Shown here: one piece after another, positions 7,722 to 15,983 of the stretch
How positions within the stretch are numbered: position 1 is the first letter of the stretch
How the letters are laid out: each line of letters begins with the position of its first letter
Assembly (NCBI GenBank): GCA_964411925.1
Contig: CAYPNI010000005.1
Span: forward strand, 1 to 62,802
Origin: an uncultured Nitrospirales bacterium
GTDB taxonomy: Bacteria > Hydrogenedentota > Hydrogenedentia > Hydrogenedentales > GCA-2746185
DNA length: 62,802 nt
Direction: 5' to 3'
Made by a program: the position numbers and the translations under genes
The notes under the pieces: model-generated
The model's database searches: none
What the model was told of the DNA's origin: nothing
What the model saw: the letters and a program-made list of their open reading frames with translations, nothing else

Positions 7722-9653
7722 ATGAACGGCAAATGGACCTTCAATTCCTGCGCAGGTGGCATGATTGCCGCAGTGCTGACTACGATCGTTATCGGCGGTT
7801 GCGTTACGCCCGATCCCGGAACTGCACTCGCGCGCGACTTTCAGCTCGTAGATACGCGGAACGGTCTGTCCGACGCCGACCGTGACGCCTTCTATCACAT
7901 CAGCGAGGGCAGCGAACTCGCACCGCTGTCACTGTTCCAACTCTTGTACGTCATAAACGGCAAGCGCCTGTCGGACTGGCTCGAGGGCTTCGGCTTCATT
8001 CCTGATCCGCAAAACGAGCATGGGTTACCGGTCGGCTTTTCGGTGTCTCAGTCGCGCGCGCACGGCATCAGAATGGTGGGCATCAATTGCGCTGCATGTC
8101 ACGTCACCGACATCCATTTCCAGGGCAAGCGCATTCGGGTCGACGGCGCGCCCAATCAGGTCGACATCGTTCGTTTTTATCGCGATCTGGCCGATCATTC
8201 TCTCGCGATTGCGCAGTCGGCGGACCGCGTGTTCAGTCTGTTCCGCCATTCGGAACCCAAGCACGACGTCTCGCGAGATTTTATTGAACACATCTCGTCG
8301 CTCGATGATCTCAGGGCTGACAGCGAGTACGGCCGGCAAATGGCTGAACGCCTTGGACCGGTGCTTGCGGCCGAGGAGCGGAACGTTGCGGCCGGCGTGG
8401 CGGCGAGCGGACACGATTACGTTCACGACGTCCTGACCGGGAAACGTCTCGAACAGGACCCCGAGGCAATCGCGACGCATACCGCCAGTCTCATCGCGGT
8501 TCCGCCTGCGCCGGGCCAGGCGTTACACACGGCCTTAGGATCGGATCACCGAGCGGCGGCTTCGCACGTTTTCGAGGACTTCGGATCGTTTGCGCGCCTT
8601 TTGCATGCCCAGGTCGCCTATCTGCGTCGCCTCAAAGACATTGTCGATGAGATGACTATACAGACCGGCCCTGGCCGCATCGACGCCTTCGGCATCGTCC
8701 GCAATCTTTTGTTCATACCCAAAAACGAAGTATTTCCCATCGACGCGCCGGTCTCCATCCCCCATCTGTGGGGACTCCAGGACGTTCACTGGCTGCACTG
8801 GAACGCAAACACAAACTCCGTAGTACAACGAAACATTGCACAAGCGCTCGGCACCGGCGCCTACCTGGACATGGACACGTGGGAAACGACTGTCGAAATC
8901 GAAAACCTTGACGCGCTCGAGAAACTCAGTCAGAAGATCGAAGCGCCGAAGTGGCCGGAGGATCTCTTCGGCCCGATCGATCAGCAGGCCACCGCACGGG
9001 GCCGCGTGATCTACCAAGCGCTTTGCGCCCAGTGTCACGACGCCGTCAAACGCACTGAGCCGCTAATCGATTACGAGCTCTTCGGGCTGGCGGACAGCAA
9101 GGTGGCAGAGAATAAACGGGTGGATACCGACTCCAACTACGCTCACAATTTCGACATCCCCGTCGGCGACCGGCCATTCCCGCTCGCCGTACAGGATGTA
9201 GTGGGTAAATTGGAGGATCACTACTACGACAGGCACGCCATCTCCAAGTCGACCAGCGACGAATGGAAGGGCGCGCATCGGCACAACGTGGAGTGGCGGA
9301 CTCCACTGAGCAAAAATAACACGACCGATCCGGTGCATCCGGTGTATCCGGCGCGTCCCCTGGCAGGCGTGTGGGCGACCGCGCCCTACCTGCACAATGG
9401 GTCGGTACCGTCCCTCTACGCGCTTCTTACCCGCTACGAGAGATATTTCGACGAGGAGGACAAGACCTTCCACGTAGGACATCGCGAATTCGATCCGGTC
9501 CATGTTGGCTACGCGAGTCACGCGGATGACGATATTGCGTCTCATCGATTCGACACAACCCTGCCTGGAAATTCGCCTCGGGGCCACCTCTTTGGCGTGG
9601 ATCTATCGGAACGAGACAAGATGGATCTCGTCGAGTTTCTGAAGACTCTTTAA
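7722..9653 (+). CDS. Di-haem cytochrome c, RoxA/cytochrome c peroxidase-like, predicted lipoprotein (paralogue 2)
   Basis: GGAG RBS before ATG 7722 (alternative GTG 7683 overlaps upstream stop); lipobox-like IGGC; CAACH (8088-8102) and CAQCH (9024-9038); GPGRIDAFG and WATAPYLHNGSVPSL; collinear with paralogue 1. Confidence 0.82.
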   Translation: MNGKWTFNSCAGGMIAAVLTTIVIGGCVTPDPGTALARDFQLVDTRNGLSDADRDAFYHISEGSELAPLSLFQLLYVINGKRLSDWLEGFGFIPDPQNEHGLPVGFSVSQSRAHGIRMVGINCAACHVTDIHFQGKRIRVDGAPNQVDIVRFYRDLADHSLAIAQSADRVFSLFRHSEPKHDVSRDFIEHISSLDDLRADSEYGRQMAERLGPVLAAEERNVAAGVAASGHDYVHDVLTGKRLEQDPEAIATHTASLIAVPPAPGQALHTALGSDHRAAASHVFEDFGSFARLLHAQVAYLRRLKDIVDEMTIQTGPGRIDAFGIVRNLLFIPKNEVFPIDAPVSIPHLWGLQDVHWLHWNANTNSVVQRNIAQALGTGAYLDMDTWETTVEIENLDALEKLSQKIEAPKWPEDLFGPIDQQATARGRVIYQALCAQCHDAVKRTEPLIDYELFGLADSKVAENKRVDTDSNYAHNFDIPVGDRPFPLAVQDVVGKLEDHYYDRHAISKSTSDEWKGAHRHNVEWRTPLSKNNTTDPVHPVYPARPLAGVWATAPYLHNGSVPSLYALLTRYERYFDEEDKTFHVGHREFDPVHVGYASHADDDIASHRFDTTLPGNSPRGHLFGVDLSERDKMDLVEFLKTL

Positions 9654-9902
9654 TCTCGTATATTGCTGCTGACCGGTATCTTCTTGAACCCTCACGCCGG
9701 GGCGGTATCGAGTGCAGGTCTCTCCGATCTCGAAGCAGATTTCCCTTACACGTATGTTCATTTCCCTGCTAGCCGAACTCAAACTTCCTGACTAATCTGA
9801 AAACGAGTGCTGATCCCGGGCAGGGCAATCGCTGGGCCGGAGGGCGGATGCTAGGGAATGCTGACGAACTTCAAAACGACAATGCCCAATAATCTCCCGT
9901 GC

Positions 9903-9967
9903 TTTCCCTGAAGGCGGGGGATTGAACGTAGAAAAAAGTTCATCGATGGCTCCCAGCACCGTCATCC
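9903..9967. repeat. Intergenic ~66-bp direct repeat, copy 2 (more degenerate palindrome)
   Basis: TTTCCCTGAAGGCGGGGGATTGAACGTAGAAAAAAGTTCATCGATGGCTCCCAGCACCGTCATCC, same orientation as 1739-1804 and 8164 bp downstream. Confidence 0.8.
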
Positions 9968-10235
9968 GTTTGCACCCGCCCATCTAACAATCACTCCCCC
10001 AGGGAACCGGGCCGGGAAATCCTCCCGAAGTCGCGACAAAGGGCCGTCCCGCACACCAGGCCACCTCGGCCGAGGGCCGAGTTACCGTCGCAGCTCGACC
10101 CCACTACTTCATACTGTGTCTAGGTGTAACTAGAGTTATAGACTTTGAGTATCACGACAGGATAGATTGGCGTGCAACGTCGAATCGCTGCGCCAGACCA
10201 GCGTCCTTTGCGCTAACCAAGAAAACGTTCTATAC

Positions 10236-12407
10236 ATGAGCGAGACAGAGAATCGGCCCCTCCGTGCCCGCGCGGCGATTCCATTCCTACTCTTGCTGAT
10301 TTGGGGCGCGGCCATTTTTGTGTCCGCGGCGTATCTCCGGTTCCACCGGATTACCGAGGAAGGTGTCACGGAGGAAGACTCGGTCGGCTACTATCTCATT
10401 GCTCTCCTGTGGCTCGATGGCGACTATAACCTGTGGTGGGATCAGTTCTATCGCCCGGTCGTATACGGCCTGAACGCCCTTGCGCTTCACGTGATTGGAA
10501 TCAACGATTTTTCGCTCAAGGTGTTCAGTGGCGCATGCGACGTACTGACCATCGCGCTCCTGATTTGCATCGGCAAACAGCTCTCCGGGCGCTACCTTTG
10601 CGGACTGCTCGCCGCCCAACTTTACGCGGTTCTTCCCTTCGTGGTTCGATACGCTCGAACCGCGATGCCGCATGCCCTGTCGACCCTTCTCGTCGCGGCG
10701 GCGGTGGCAGCGTTCTGCGTGGACCGAACCCGCAGACTCGTTTTCCCTCTCCGCCTGGTCTGTGACGGCGTATGCGGCATGCTCGTCTCACTCGCAGCGC
10801 ACACCCACGGGGAACTTGCCTTGCTCGGCCCGGGATTCTTCGCGACCCAGTGTTGCGAGGAACTCCCGTCAACGTTGCGTTGGCGCGCCAGGCTGGGCCG
10901 GCTTTTCTGCCGGGGATTTGCGCTAACGCTTGGGTTCGCGATCCCGTGCGTCGTCGGGGCCCTGCTTCTAGGGGTCGAGCGCGTCGAAAAAGTATTCAAG
11001 GCTGAGTTCGGCGCGACGACATCTACGCCGGCGTACGTAGAGAGGTCGCCCCTGATCTCGACGCCGGCGCGAATTTTCACGGTGTCTTCGGACCTGCTCT
11101 ACCACAACTCGTGGGTACTTCCGGCATTTATCCTGATGCCCATCATGGGATGGATCGCCGCAAAATCGAGATACGGCCGGCAGGCGCCGCTCGCAGGTGT
11201 CGCGCCGTTTGTCCTTGTGGCGACGTACGTACTGGCTTTTCCGCTGACCATCGGATTGTTCGAAGCGTCTTACGTCCGGGTGTTCATGCCGATGCTACCG
11301 CTGATCTTTCTCGCGTTCGCATGCGGCGTGTGGCAGTCGACGGATGTCGCGCGGGGATCGATAGGCCGCGCGGCGTTCGCCGTCATCGTCGTTGTGATTA
11401 CGCTCGCCACCCCCAATGGACTGTTCAAGCCGAATTTCTTCAAGTCGGAAGCGGACTTCCGAACGAGCCGGTTCCGGACTGTGTACAACGCGATCGGCGA
11501 TCGGGTGACCCCAGAGAACAAGCTGCTGATCGTTCCCGCGGCAGCGAATTCCAATGCGGGATATCAGCTCCCGTTCTATTTCGGCAAAAACGCGGTGTTT
11601 CTTTCCTCGCTTGAGCGCCGGGAACCTTACACTCAGGACTTGCTCGTGTCGACCATCGAGACTGAAAAGTTCTCGTACATTTTCGAGTCGTTGAGAATCG
11701 ACCCTGTGTTCGCCATTGCGAACTGGCACCGTACTCCGGACAGTCTGCGCTGGTTCCGCGGAATGGACATGAAGGACTATTCCGTCGAGGCGGAACAACA
11801 GCTCGTCCGGCAAGGCTTGGCCGCCGCGGATGCGCACGTATTGACAACGACGCCATGGGGGACCATCTACAGCCGGAACAAGCGAACGGTGTTCCCGAAC
11901 AGCGATTTCGCGTCCGGGACACTGGATCACTGGCACTCCGAAGGCCTGGATGAACTCTTTTCACCCGCCACCCTGCCGCTTAAGGAATATGAAAAGACGC
12001 GAGTCCTGCGATCCCCGATGACACTTCGCGGGCCGGTGGTGCTGAAAGGACCTGACGTCAAGCGGCGATACGCGATCGACACTCGGGCGGAAAGCCTGAC
12101 GGGAAAGGCCGCTGCGGAGAAGCACGGGCGCGCGAACCTGGTGGGCGAACTCGTTTCGGACGTGTTCTACATCGAGGAGCCGGTAATCGGCTTTCGGATC
12201 GCCGGCTCGGGTGACATCACCAATGTCCACGTTGCGCTCAAACTGGATGATCTGGAGTATCGGACGTCGACCGCCGGGCGGGACTTCGCTTGCGCGGAGT
12301 GGAACGTCTCCGAGCACGTTGGTATGCGGGCCCAGATCATCATTCGGGACACAGACCCGCGGCAAAACCGGGGCATTGCGGTTGCAGGTTTTTACTACGT
12401 CTTCTAG
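10236..12407 (+). CDS. GT-C fold (ArnT/PMT-like) membrane glycosyltransferase with C-terminal periplasmic beta-sandwich
   Basis: About 11 hydrophobic segments; acidic loop TEEDSVGYY after TM1; FYRPVV and RYARTAMPHA ArnT-like features; soluble C-terminus NSDFASG...GELVSDVFYI...IGFRIAGSG...WNVSEHVG. Alternative TTG start at 10167. Confidence 0.65.
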   Translation: MSETENRPLRARAAIPFLLLLIWGAAIFVSAAYLRFHRITEEGVTEEDSVGYYLIALLWLDGDYNLWWDQFYRPVVYGLNALALHVIGINDFSLKVFSGACDVLTIALLICIGKQLSGRYLCGLLAAQLYAVLPFVVRYARTAMPHALSTLLVAAAVAAFCVDRTRRLVFPLRLVCDGVCGMLVSLAAHTHGELALLGPGFFATQCCEELPSTLRWRARLGRLFCRGFALTLGFAIPCVVGALLLGVERVEKVFKAEFGATTSTPAYVERSPLISTPARIFTVSSDLLYHNSWVLPAFILMPIMGWIAAKSRYGRQAPLAGVAPFVLVATYVLAFPLTIGLFEASYVRVFMPMLPLIFLAFACGVWQSTDVARGSIGRAAFAVIVVVITLATPNGLFKPNFFKSEADFRTSRFRTVYNAIGDRVTPENKLLIVPAAANSNAGYQLPFYFGKNAVFLSSLERREPYTQDLLVSTIETEKFSYIFESLRIDPVFAIANWHRTPDSLRWFRGMDMKDYSVEAEQQLVRQGLAAADAHVLTTTPWGTIYSRNKRTVFPNSDFASGTLDHWHSEGLDELFSPATLPLKEYEKTRVLRSPMTLRGPVVLKGPDVKRRYAIDTRAESLTGKAAAEKHGRANLVGELVSDVFYIEEPVIGFRIAGSGDITNVHVALKLDDLEYRTSTAGRDFACAEWNVSEHVGMRAQIIIRDTDPRQNRGIAVAGFYYVF

Positions 12408-12460
12408 CGGAGTTCTTCGGGCTGTCGTTACAACTCGACTCCCGGCGATTTGTTAGCAGA

Positions 12461-13744
12461 TCAGCGTTGCATGGACCCCGTTTTGAGGTCGAACCGGTGC
12501 GAGACCTGTCCGAAGGAGTCGTACCACGCCGCACACCCCCGCGCGAAGTAGTGGAACACGATCGAGCGACGGGTCCGCTGCATGTTGGTGCGCGGCGATC
12601 CTTCGTGCGCGAGGTTCGAGTGCCACACGAGCACATCACCCGCCTTGGGTAGATAGGCCACTTTCTTTGGATAGTGAGCGGCGAGATCGGATTTGAGCCG
12701 CTCGAAGTACTTGTCGTAGTAGGAGCCGATGCGGTCCAGACGCTTACCCGCCTGCTCCACGCCCAGCGTGTGCGTATAGACCACGGGCAGGCGGTGGCTT
12801 CCCGGGTGATACATGACAGGACCGGAATCCGGCTGAATGTCCTCCAGCGGATACCACACGCCGACCATGAATCCCTCCGGGAATGGCGTCAGGTGGATCG
12901 TGTCCTGGTGCACGCCTTGTTGGCTGCCGTTCACGAACGTCAGGGACTGGCACGGCGCGGGCGCGGAACCGAAGATGCAGTGCAGGATGTTCATCATCGG
13001 CGGATACGCCCAGAGAATGTGCGCGGGTACGCTTTCCAGGTGCATCCCGCGGATCCGCTGCTGGTCGTCTACCGCGCCATCCTTGAGTTTCTTGCTGATG
13101 TCCTGGTTGATGCGCATGATCAAGTCAGGCGGAACAAACTTCTCGATGATTAACGCGCCTTCGTCGATGAACTGGTGGAACGCCTTCTCCAGGGACGGAT
13201 CGATGCCGAACTTCGCCAGCATGGATGTCACCCGCTCGTGCGCGTCTGGTTCGTCCACCCAGGGACGGACCTCGCAGCCCTCGAAGGGGAAATCCCGGGC
13301 GTCGAGCGGCTCTTTCATGAGCACCTTCGATCGATCCCAACCGCGAATGTGCTTGGCAACCCCCTGGGCGACTTCGTCGGAGTTGTCCACGGTGAGCGGC
13401 AACGAAGACTCCTTGGCGACTTCGCCGGAGTTCGACCGCAAGCGAAGCTTGACCGTCGCCGGGCCGTTGTCCAGCATGAACGTGTTGATGATCGTGCGGT
13501 ATTCCTCGGCGTCGCCCGTGCCGTTGGAGAACGTATGAATCGTCGTCCATTCGCCGTTGTTGACGGAACATTCGAGTACGCCGTCTTTGAACCGGGCGGC
13601 GCCGAACAGCGGCAACAGCGCCGTGACGTTCGTGCGTTCCCGGGGTAGGCTGACATGGAACGTTGGCTTGTAGGGATCCATGATCGTACGCTTCAGCGCC
13701 TCCCACCTTGTCATTGGCCGAGATCGACCCGGGGTTTGGTTCAT
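12461..13744 (-). CDS. Phytanoyl-CoA dioxygenase (PhyH) family Fe(II)/2-oxoglutarate dioxygenase with N-terminal Ig-like segment
   Basis: HQDT (HxD) motif, VGVWYPLED, PGSHR, GDVLVWHSNLAHEGS (distal His) and RRS 2-oxoglutarate-binding motif. Confidence 0.85.
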   Translation of the reverse strand: MNQTPGRSRPMTRWEALKRTIMDPYKPTFHVSLPRERTNVTALLPLFGAARFKDGVLECSVNNGEWTTIHTFSNGTGDAEEYRTIINTFMLDNGPATVKLRLRSNSGEVAKESSLPLTVDNSDEVAQGVAKHIRGWDRSKVLMKEPLDARDFPFEGCEVRPWVDEPDAHERVTSMLAKFGIDPSLEKAFHQFIDEGALIIEKFVPPDLIMRINQDISKKLKDGAVDDQQRIRGMHLESVPAHILWAYPPMMNILHCIFGSAPAPCQSLTFVNGSQQGVHQDTIHLTPFPEGFMVGVWYPLEDIQPDSGPVMYHPGSHRLPVVYTHTLGVEQAGKRLDRIGSYYDKYFERLKSDLAAHYPKKVAYLPKAGDVLVWHSNLAHEGSPRTNMQRTRRSIVFHYFARGCAAWYDSFGQVSHRFDLKTGSMQR

Positions 13745-13832
13745 TGAACTTGCGCCCTTAGATCGCCTGCTTGAGATTGCGTCCGGTCCCTGAGTTCAGG
13801 AGCGGACCCGGGATTAAACACAGCCCCGCAGT

Positions 13833-14825
13833 CTATCCCTTACGTAGAACTGAGTCAATGGCCGCGCGCTCCGCATCGGACAGCGGGCCGAGAGACAAAC
13901 CGGCGATATTCTCGTCCAACTGCCCCACGCGGCTGACGCCGATGAGGGCGCTCGAGATTCGTGCGTTGCCCAGCACCCAGGCCAGCGCCATCTGTGCAAG
14001 GGTGCGATTGTTCGCCTTGGCCAGTTCGTTCAGCGCGCGCGCCTTGTCAATGGCCGCCTGCGTGACTGCGGACTCGGGGAGCGTGCCTTCGCGTCGGGCC
14101 GCGCGCGAATCCTTGGGGACGCTCTCGAGATACCGGCTGGTCAGAAGGCCCTGCGCCAACGGCGAGTAGGCGACGATCCCCACGTCTTCGAGTTCGGGGG
14201 CCCGAAGCAGGCCGCCCTCGATGTCGCGCCGAAAGAGCGAATAGTTCGCCTGAATGACCGTCAGCGGACTTCCGAGACTTTGCAGAATCCGTCGCATCTC
14301 AATGGACTTCGCGACGTCGTAGTTGCTAATCCCGAGATACAGCGCCCGGCCCGTCCGCACGATGTAGTCCATCGCCGCGCACGTTTCCTCCAGCGGCGTA
14401 TCCGCGTCGTACCGGTGGCTGTAGAAAATATCGACGTACTCGAGCCCCATTCGCTTCAGCGACCGATCCAGGCTCGTAATCAGCGCCTTGCGCGATCCGC
14501 CCTCGCCGTACGGTCCGTGCATGAGACGGAATCCCGCCTTTGTCGCGATCAACAGTTCGTCGCGGTAGGCACCGAGTTCGCCCGAGAGAATTCGTCCGAG
14601 CGTCAGCTCGGCCGCGCCGCCCGGCGGGCCGTACCCGTTCGCCAAGTCGAAATAGGTGATGCCGCGATCGAACGCACGGTGCACGAGATCGGCCGCGTTC
14701 TTCGGATCGTCTGTGCCGCCGAAGTTGTTCCAGAACCCGAGCGAAAGGGCTGAAAAGCGCAGGCCGCTCCCGCCGCTCCGGCGGTATTGCATGGCCGAAT
14801 ATCGGTCGTTGGCGAACGGCACCAT
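13833..14825 (-). CDS. Aldo/keto reductase (YghZ/MgrA-like, Kv-beta subfamily)
   Basis: YRRSGGSGLRFSALSLGFWNNFG, FDLANGYG, IATKAG, DIFYSHR, YLGISNY, AYSPLAQGLLT; GGGAGA RBS upstream of ATG 14825 (ORF-track N-terminal extension not supported). Confidence 0.9.
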   Translation of the reverse strand: MVPFANDRYSAMQYRRSGGSGLRFSALSLGFWNNFGGTDDPKNAADLVHRAFDRGITYFDLANGYGPPGGAAELTLGRILSGELGAYRDELLIATKAGFRLMHGPYGEGGSRKALITSLDRSLKRMGLEYVDIFYSHRYDADTPLEETCAAMDYIVRTGRALYLGISNYDVAKSIEMRRILQSLGSPLTVIQANYSLFRRDIEGGLLRAPELEDVGIVAYSPLAQGLLTSRYLESVPKDSRAARREGTLPESAVTQAAIDKARALNELAKANNRTLAQMALAWVLGNARISSALIGVSRVGQLDENIAGLSLGPLSDAERAAIDSVLRKG

Positions 14826-14979
14826 CGAGTCTCCCGGTCGATCTGAATGCGGCGGGGTGCGCCGGCGCCGCATGAGCGCGCATCGTACCAGATTCGAGGC
14901 CATGGGCCGGTTGATGTATGCTTTCGGACTTTCGCCGCGGTGTGCGATCTGAAGAACGCAGACGACGAGGGAGATCCGC

Positions 14980-15963
14980 GTGTCCATACTGGTGACCGGC
15001 GGCGCGGGCTACATCGGCAGCGCGATCCTGGAACGGCTCGTCGCTGACGGGGAATCCGTGGTTTGCCTGGACAACTTTTCGACGGGCCATCGCGATGCGG
15101 TTTGCGGCGGCGTCGAACTGGTCGAGGGATCAATCCTCGATGGACCATGCGTGCTGGACACGTTGCGCCGGTTTGACGTGGAAACGGTCATTCATTGCGC
15201 GGCGCTCTCCATCGTCGAGGAGTCGAATCGAGCGCCCTTGGCCTATTTCGAGAACAACGTCGCCGGAGCGCACGTTGTCCTGAAAGGAATGGTCGAATGC
15301 GGCGTCACGCGATTCGTCCTGAGTTCGACCGCAGCGGTCTACGGAAATCCCATCGAAGTCCCCATACGCGAGAATCATCCGATCGCGCCGCTTAACGCCT
15401 ATGGCCGATCCAAACGCATGATCGAGGAAATGCTGGAATGGCACGGGCGCGCGTACGACTTCTCGTACGTTTCGCTGCGCTACTTCAACGCTGCCGGGGC
15501 CACCATCGAGCACGGGGAGGACCACAATCCCGAGACCCATCTCATCCCCATTGTGCTCGACGTAGCGCAGGGCAGGCGAACCAGCATTCAGATATTTGGA
15601 AACGACTATCCGACGGCAGACGGCACCTGCGTTCGCGACTACATCCACATCTCCGACCTTGTCGATGCGCACGTCCGGTCGGTCGCGCATCTGCGGGCGG
15701 GAAACCCATCAGAGGTGTTCAACCTCGGGACCGGTTCGGGCCACTCCGTGCTCGAAGTCGTGCAAGCGGCCGAACGGGTCACCGGCCGCCGGGTACCGCA
15801 CGAAGTCGCTCCGCGCCGATCCGGCGACGCGGCCTCGCTCGTGGCGTCGCGGGACAAAGCGATGGATCGGCTTGGCTGGTCACCCAGCCGGAGCGCTATT
15901 GCAGAAGTGCTCGTTGACGCGTGGCGCTGGAAGCAGGTCCATCCGAACGGCTATACGCGCTAA
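14980..15963 (+). CDS. galE: UDP-glucose 4-epimerase
   Basis: GAGGAG RBS, GTG start; ILVTGGAGYIGS, SSTAAVYG, YGRSK (YxxxK), LRYFNAAGA, GEDHNPETHLIP, DGTCVRDYIH. Confidence 0.95.
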   Translation: MSILVTGGAGYIGSAILERLVADGESVVCLDNFSTGHRDAVCGGVELVEGSILDGPCVLDTLRRFDVETVIHCAALSIVEESNRAPLAYFENNVAGAHVVLKGMVECGVTRFVLSSTAAVYGNPIEVPIRENHPIAPLNAYGRSKRMIEEMLEWHGRAYDFSYVSLRYFNAAGATIEHGEDHNPETHLIPIVLDVAQGRRTSIQIFGNDYPTADGTCVRDYIHISDLVDAHVRSVAHLRAGNPSEVFNLGTGSGHSVLEVVQAAERVTGRRVPHEVAPRRSGDAASLVASRDKAMDRLGWSPSRSAIAEVLVDAWRWKQVHPNGYTR

Positions 15964-15983
15964 GACCGCGACTCGTGCGCGGC

